Positions 26,985-32,000 of a stretch of DNA of 32,000 nt are shown one piece after another. Both the position numbers and the translations under genes were made by a program. Source of the stretch: Dickeya solani IPO 2222 (GTDB taxonomy: Bacteria; Pseudomonadota; Gammaproteobacteria; Enterobacterales; Enterobacteriaceae). Below the pieces are notes generated by a model. It made no database searches. It was not told where the DNA came from and saw nothing but the letters and a program-made list of their open reading frames with translations. The stretch spans positions 2,880,001 through 2,912,000 of the forward strand of contig NZ_CP015137.1 of NCBI RefSeq assembly GCF_001644705.1. The letters run 5' to 3'. Positions within the stretch are counted from its first letter, which is position 1. Every line of letters begins with the position of its first letter.

Positions 26985-29900
26985 TGAAGCTCGCCGAACT
27001 TTGCCTGTCTCGCCCGATTGCCGTGATGCTGCTATGGTTGTCGGTGATTGTCACCGGGGTCATCTGCTGGACGAAACTGCCCGTTGCGGCGTTGCCGTCG
27101 TTTGATATGCCCACCATCAGGGTGAGCGCGTCGCTGTCCGGCGCCAGCCCGGAAACCATGGCGTCGTCGGTCGCTACGCCGCTGGAGAAGAACCTGTCCA
27201 CGATCCCCGGTTTGTCGATGCTGACCTCGACCAGCTTGCAGGGGGCGACCACTATCGTGCTGGAGTTCGACCCGTCGGTGAACATCGACGCGGCGGCCGT
27301 TGACGTGCAGTCTGCGCTCTACCAGACGATGAAAAAGCTGCCGTCGCAGATGACGACGCCGCCCTCGTTTCGCAAGGTGAACCCTGCGGACGCGCCCATC
27401 GCGGCGATTGGCATCGACTCGCCATCGATGACGCTTTCCGATCTCAACCGTTTCACGGATAACCTGATTTCCCCCGCGCTATCGACCATTAAAGGCGTGG
27501 CGGAGGTGAATGTGATCGGCCAGAAACGCTATGCGGTGCGGGTGGAAATCGACCCCGACAGGCTGGCGGCGACGGATATGACGCTGTCCGAAGTGCAGAC
27601 GGCGCTGAAGGCCGCCAATGCGAATTCGCCTATCGGCGAGCTGGACGGCAAGCGTCAGATGATGATGCTGCAAACCCGCGGCGATCTGATGAAGGCGGCG
27701 GATTTCGCCAATGTGATTATCGCCACGCGCAACGGGCAGCCGGTACGGCTTTCGGATGTCGCCAGCGTGCAGGACAGCATCGAAAACGCCCTAAGCTACA
27801 GCGCGGTCAACGGACATACCGCGATTGTATTGAGCATCAACCGCCAGCCGGGGGCGAATATCGTGGCGACGCTCGACGCCATCAACCAGCTGTTGCCCAC
27901 ATTGCAGGCGCAGATGCCGCCGTCGGTACAAATGAAGCTGCTGAACGATCGTTCAGTCTCGATTCGTCAGGCGATCCATGATGTGAATATCACCCTGATG
28001 CTGACCATCGCGCTGGTGGTGCTGGTGATTCTGCTTTTCCTGCGTCATTTTCGCGCCACGCTGATCCCGGCGCTCAGCGTGCCGGTGTCTCTGCTGGGCG
28101 CTTTTGCGCTGATGTACCTGCTCGGGATGAGCCTCGACAATATCTCGCTGATGGGGCTGACGATTGCCGTGGGGCTGGTGGTGGACGACGCCATTGTGGT
28201 GCTGGAGAACATCATGCGCTACATGGAAGAGGGCGAGTCGCCCTGGCGGGCGGCGCTGCTGGGGGTAAGGGAAGTCGCGTTCACCGTGGTGTCGATTTCG
28301 CTGTCGCTGGTGGCGGTGTTTATCCCCATTTTCTTTATGCCCGGCACGTTGGGGCTGCTGTTCCATGAATTCGCCTGGGTGGTGTCGCTGGCGATACTGG
28401 TGTCGGCGGCGGCCTCGCTGACGGTGATTCCGCTGCTGGTGCCGATGCTGATCAAGCATCAGGATCATCCGGCGCCGGAGCCGGCCTGGAGCCAGCTATT
28501 TGAACGCGGGTTTGAATCCCTGCGCCGTGGGTATGGTCACGCGCTCGACTGGGCCATCGGGCATCGATGGGTGATGGTGTCCACCGCGCTGGCGACGGTC
28601 TTACTCAGCGTTTTACTGTACTGGAGTGCGCCCAAAGGTTTTTTCCCGCAGGAAGATCTCGGCCAGGTGACGGCGAATATTGATACGCCGCAGGACATGT
28701 CCTACGACGGGCGGTTGAAGGTGGCGCAGCAGTTGGGCAATACGCTGTTGCAGGATCCCGCCGTCAGCGACATGATCACCAAAGTTGACCATGACACCAC
28801 GCAACTGATGCTGACGCTAAAAGACCGCACGCAGCGGCCGCCGATGGCGCAGGTGTTGCAGATAATGCGCGCCGAAACGCGCTATCTGCCGGGTATTACC
28901 GTGTTTTACAGCCCGGTGCAAAACCTGAAAGTCGGCGGGCGCTCGTCAAAAAGTAACTACCAGTACACGCTACAGTCGGTGAACAGCGGCGATGGACTAT
29001 CGTTAAATGACTGGGCGAATAAGCTGATGGACGGAATGAAAAAAACCGGCGTTTTCGTGGGCGTGAACAGCGACGCGCAGCTGAACGGTTTGCAGGCGCA
29101 GTTGCAGATTGATCGCAACAAAGCGTCGCTGATGGGTGTGGATATCGATCAGATCCGCAGCAACCTGTACGCCGCCTTCGGTACGCAGCAGGCATCGACC
29201 ATTTACGCGCCGGAAGACAGCTATCAGGTCATCATGGAGGTGAACAGCGCCTTCCGGCAGAATGAAAGCGACCTGTCGAAAATCTATGTTCGCTCGTCGG
29301 CGAATACTCTGCTGCCGGTGACGACCTTTACCCACATTACGCGCGCCCAGGGGGTGACGGCGGTAAACCATCAGGGACAGCTTCCGGCGATTACCGTGTC
29401 GTTCGATCTCGCGCCCGGGAAATCGCTGTCCGACGCCACCAACGCGATCGCGCAGGTCGAGCAGGCTATCCAGATGCCTAATTCGGTGATCGGCAGCTAC
29501 GCGGGGCAGGCGGCGCTCTACCAGCAGTCCCAGACCAGCCAGATCTGGCTGATCGTGATGGCGCTGGCGGTGATTTACGTCATTCTGGGCGTACTGTATG
29601 AAAGCTGGATCCATCCGCTGACCATCCTGCTGGGGCTGCCGTCCGCCGCGGTGGGCGCGCTGCTGGCGCTGCGGCTGCTGAATCTGGATCTGACGTTTAT
29701 CGCCATGATCGGCATTCTGTTGCTGATTGGCATCGTGAAAAAGAACGCCATCATGATGATCGATTTCGCGCTGGCCGCACAGCGTACGCAGGGGATGTCG
29801 CCCCATGACGCCATTGTGCAGGCGTGCATGCAGCGCTTTCGGCCGATTATGATGACGACGCTGTGCGCCATGATGGGGGCGCTGCCCATCGCTTTCGGCT

Positions 29901-30064
29901 GGGGCGCCGGGGCCGAGCTGCGCCAGCCAATGGGCGTGGCGGTGGTGGGCGGGTTGCTGTTCTCGCAGCTGATTACGCTATTTATTACCCCCGTGCTGTA
30001 TCTGCTGTTTGATCGGCCAAACGGCGAGATGACGGCCATGGCGCATCGGGTGGAGGTACAATGA
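26984..30064 (+). CDS. RND inner-membrane efflux permease, MdtB/MdtC-like (HAE-1 type)
   Basis: ORF 26984..30064, 1026 aa. Blocks are shared with E. coli MdtC as recalled ([118 protein letters not shown]). Confidence 0.95.
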   Translation: MKLAELCLSRPIAVMLLWLSVIVTGVICWTKLPVAALPSFDMPTIRVSASLSGASPETMASSVATPLEKNLSTIPGLSMLTSTSLQGATTIVLEFDPSVNIDAAAVDVQSALYQTMKKLPSQMTTPPSFRKVNPADAPIAAIGIDSPSMTLSDLNRFTDNLISPALSTIKGVAEVNVIGQKRYAVRVEIDPDRLAATDMTLSEVQTALKAANANSPIGELDGKRQMMMLQTRGDLMKAADFANVIIATRNGQPVRLSDVASVQDSIENALSYSAVNGHTAIVLSINRQPGANIVATLDAINQLLPTLQAQMPPSVQMKLLNDRSVSIRQAIHDVNITLMLTIALVVLVILLFLRHFRATLIPALSVPVSLLGAFALMYLLGMSLDNISLMGLTIAVGLVVDDAIVVLENIMRYMEEGESPWRAALLGVREVAFTVVSISLSLVAVFIPIFFMPGTLGLLFHEFAWVVSLAILVSAAASLTVIPLLVPMLIKHQDHPAPEPAWSQLFERGFESLRRGYGHALDWAIGHRWVMVSTALATVLLSVLLYWSAPKGFFPQEDLGQVTANIDTPQDMSYDGRLKVAQQLGNTLLQDPAVSDMITKVDHDTTQLMLTLKDRTQRPPMAQVLQIMRAETRYLPGITVFYSPVQNLKVGGRSSKSNYQYTLQSVNSGDGLSLNDWANKLMDGMKKTGVFVGVNSDAQLNGLQAQLQIDRNKASLMGVDIDQIRSNLYAAFGTQQASTIYAPEDSYQVIMEVNSAFRQNESDLSKIYVRSSANTLLPVTTFTHITRAQGVTAVNHQGQLPAITVSFDLAPGKSLSDATNAIAQVEQAIQMPNSVIGSYAGQAALYQQSQTSQIWLIVMALAVIYVILGVLYESWIHPLTILLGLPSAAVGALLALRLLNLDLTFIAMIGILLLIGIVKKNAIMMIDFALAAQRTQGMSPHDAIVQACMQRFRPIMMTTLCAMMGALPIAFGWGAGAELRQPMGVAVVGGLLFSQLITLFITPVLYLLFDRPNGEMTAMAHRVEVQ

Positions 30065-30762
30065 GACTATTACTGGTAGAAGACCAAATCATGGCGGCGG
30101 ATTACATCTCCAAAGGGCTCAAGGAGAATGATTTCGTGGTCGATGTCGCCCACGATGGCGTGGATGGCCTGCACTATCTGCTGACCAACGATTATGATCT
30201 GGCGATCCTCGACGTCATGTTGCCCGGTATGAATGGCTGGAAAATTCTGGAACTGGCGCGTCAGGCCGGGAAACCGACCCCGGTCATGTTCCTGACGGCG
30301 CGCGACGAGGTGGAGGACCGGGTGCGAGGTTTGGAGTTGGGTGCGGAAGATTATCTGATCAAACCCTTTTCCTTTAGCGAGCTGCTGGCGCGGGTGCGCG
30401 TGATTATGCGGCGGCAGGCGGTACATATCCCGGCGGTGGAGGAATCCGTTCTGCAAATCAGCAATTTGCAGTTGGATTTTCTTAAACACCGCGTGTCGCG
30501 CGGCGGAAAACGCATCGAGCTGACGCAAAAAGAATTTTTGCTGTTGAGCCTGTTGATGCGCCGCAGCGGCGAAGTGCTGTCGCGCACCGTGCTGGCGGAG
30601 CAGGTCTGGGACATGAATTTTGACCCTGAAACGAACGTCATTGACGTGGCGATTCGCCGGCTGCGCAGCAAAATCGATGATGACTATGAGGTCAAGCTGC
30701 TGCACACCATCCGTGGCGCCGGATATGTACTGGAAGTGAGAAATGATGCTGATACCGCGTAA
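30061..30762 (+). CDS. OmpR-family response regulator of the heavy-metal (CusR/CopR/HprR) subfamily
   Basis: ORF 30061..30762, 233 aa. Its start overlaps the RND stop codon (ATGA). Its similarity to E. coli CusR as recalled includes DYDL.ILD.MLP..NGW, GLELGA.DYL.KPF.F.ELLARVR, T.KEF.LL, GEVL.R...[33 protein letters not shown]. Confidence 0.92.
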   Translation: MRLLLVEDQIMAADYISKGLKENDFVVDVAHDGVDGLHYLLTNDYDLAILDVMLPGMNGWKILELARQAGKPTPVMFLTARDEVEDRVRGLELGAEDYLIKPFSFSELLARVRVIMRRQAVHIPAVEESVLQISNLQLDFLKHRVSRGGKRIELTQKEFLLLSLLMRRSGEVLSRTVLAEQVWDMNFDPETNVIDVAIRRLRSKIDDDYEVKLLHTIRGAGYVLEVRNDADTA

Positions 30763-32000
30763 TTTTCCGATCACCCTGAGGCTGACGCTTTATTTTTCCC
30801 TTGCCATGAGTCTGGTGCTGTACAGCGTTTCGGGGCTGCTGTACTCCACGATGCGCAACCAGCTTAGCCAGAAGGATGAAGATGAATTGCGCAGTACGCT
30901 GCGTTTTCAGCAGGAAATCGCCGCTACCATCAGCGAACGTCAGGGGCCGAAAGACCTTTGGCAGCAGGAGCTGTTCGAGTTCGTCGCCCGTCAGGAACGC
31001 CTTTCGCTCAGGATCATTAGCCCGGACGGCAAAGTCTGGGCGCAGTCGAAAAATATGCGCGTCCCGCAGCGGGATTTCCCCGCGCCATCCAGCGAATTTC
31101 GCTACAGCGCGTGGCGTTACCGCGCGCACGAAGCCAGCGAAAAATACCTGATCGCCTCGACCGATTTCGTCCTCAAGGATAACCAGCCGTGGCTGGTGCA
31201 GGCGGCGCTAAACGTCTCAAAGAACAATGAAATCATTGAAGATTACTGGAAGCGCATGCAAATTGCCGCGGCGCTGTCCATCGTCATTTTTTCCGCCATC
31301 GGCTACTGGCTGGCCCGCAAAGGGCTGCTGCCGCTGCGGACCATGAGCCGGGAAATCGAACATATTCACGCGGAAGACTTGCACACCCGCCTTTCCACAC
31401 AGCGCTGGCCGTCGGAACTCAATACGCTGGCCGCCTCGTTCGACGGCATGATGACCCGTCTGGAAGCGTCGTTTAAACAGCTGAGTCGCTTTTCATCGGA
31501 TATCGCCCACGAGTTGCGCGGCCCAATCAACAATCTGATTTCGGCGGCGAGCGTGACGCAAAGCAAGGCGCGCAGCCAGGAGGAGTACCGTGAAACGCTG
31601 GCGGCGATTGTGGAGGAAGGGGAACGGCTGTCGCGCATGATCTCATCCATGCTGTTTCTGGCCCGGGCGGATAACAGCCGCGAGCCGCTCAACGTGGAAC
31701 CACTGGACAGCACAACCGAATTCGCCCGGCTGATCAATTTCTACGATATTCTCGCGGAAGAAAAAGATATCGACTTGTCGAGCGAAGGCGACGCCGTGTT
31801 CTATGCCGATCCCATTCATGTGCAACGCGCGCTCGCGAACCTGCTGTCCAACGCGCTGCGCCATACGCCGCCTGGTGGGAAGATCCTGCTGAGCGCGGCG
31901 AACCACAACGACAAGGTCTGGCTGAGCGTCGTTGATAACGGCGAAGGCATTAGCGCGGATCATTTGCCGCATATCTTCGACCGTTTCTATCGGGTGGACG
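30743..32000 (+). CDS. heavy-metal-sensor-type histidine kinase (CusS family), 3' end beyond the window
   Basis: I translated this by hand from the ATG at 30743, and the frame stays open to 32000. It overlaps the regulator gene by 20 nt. The layout is TM1, a periplasmic domain of about 140 aa, TM2, HAMP, an H-box [13 protein letters not shown], then [19 protein letters not shown] and [13 protein letters not shown], as in CusS. Confidence 0.9.
   Translation, partial: MMLIPRNFPITLRLTLYFSLAMSLVLYSVSGLLYSTMRNQLSQKDEDELRSTLRFQQEIAATISERQGPKDLWQQELFEFVARQERLSLRIISPDGKVWAQSKNMRVPQRDFPAPSSEFRYSAWRYRAHEASEKYLIASTDFVLKDNQPWLVQAALNVSKNNEIIEDYWKRMQIAAALSIVIFSAIGYWLARKGLLPLRTMSREIEHIHAEDLHTRLSTQRWPSELNTLAASFDGMMTRLEASFKQLSRFSSDIAHELRGPINNLISAASVTQSKARSQEEYRETLAAIVEEGERLSRMISSMLFLARADNSREPLNVEPLDSTTEFARLINFYDILAEEKDIDLSSEGDAVFYADPIHVQRALANLLSNALRHTPPGGKILLSAANHNDKVWLSVVDNGEGISADHLPHIFDRFYRVD

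Noticed and set aside
29003-30774. Antisense ORFs of 267, 154 and 234 aa over the RND pump and response regulator genes
   Set aside because: They lie opposite well-supported genes, and their translations are His/Arg/Gln-rich and low in complexity.
25616-32000. Classical integrase-borne genomic island at tRNA-Gly
   Set aside because: No integrase, transposase, direct repeat of the tRNA 3' end or obvious compositional shift is visible in the part contained in this window. Only the accessory-like gene content supports the idea, and that is reported as such in the findings.
1-32000. CRISPR arrays, IS elements or transposases, prophage genes, rRNA genes
   Set aside because: None was seen. The only tandem repeat is the 3-copy array at 7831-7891, which has no spacers and no CRISPR-like structure. 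No transposase- or integrase-like translation appears in the ORF track.

Overview
This is a chromosomal segment from a GC-rich member of the Enterobacterales. The proteins are close to, but not identical with, the E. coli and Klebsiella orthologues as I recall them. The budRAB content suggests a Dickeya-, Pectobacterium- or Serratia-like organism, but the species cannot be fixed from the sequence alone.

The backbone is a conserved enterobacterial block: gcvT-gcvH-gcvP, yqfA, ygfZ, sdhE-ygfX, fldB, xerD-dsbC-recJ-prfB-lysS. prfB carries its classic +1 programmed frameshift.

Lineage-specific cargo is inserted into this backbone:
1. Upstream of gcvT sit a small membrane-protein gene, the acetoin cluster budR/budA-budB (no budC), and a convergent FucO-like iron alcohol dehydrogenase.
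2. A LysE/RhtB-family exporter and an HD-domain hydrolase sit where E. coli has yqfB-bglA.
3. A YhjE-like MFS transporter sits between fldB and xerD.
4. Downstream of lysS come an AraC-family regulator, a second LysE-family exporter, tRNA-Gly(CCC), and a four-gene operon. The operon encodes an MdtA-like adaptor, an MdtB/C-like RND pump, a CusR-family response regulator and a CusS-family kinase (truncated by the window end). Its stop and start codons overlap, and a perfect CusR-box palindrome precedes it.

I saw no CRISPR array, IS element, integrase, prophage or rRNA gene, and nothing that looks like a novel multi-gene defence or toxin system.

The items most worth a second look are:
- a GC-rich structured island with cobalamin-riboswitch-like motifs between the FucO-like gene and gcvT, orientation unresolved;
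- the heavy-metal-type two-component system wired to a multidrug-type RND pump next to the tRNA;
- a strong terminator plus three tandem 20-21 bp repeats inside the gcvTHP operon;
- mutually exclusive hairpins just after the recJ stop codon;
- an orphan plus-strand terminator between two minus-strand genes.

Start codons were chosen by N-terminal similarity to remembered orthologues and by Shine-Dalgarno spacing. No database search or folding calculation was possible.
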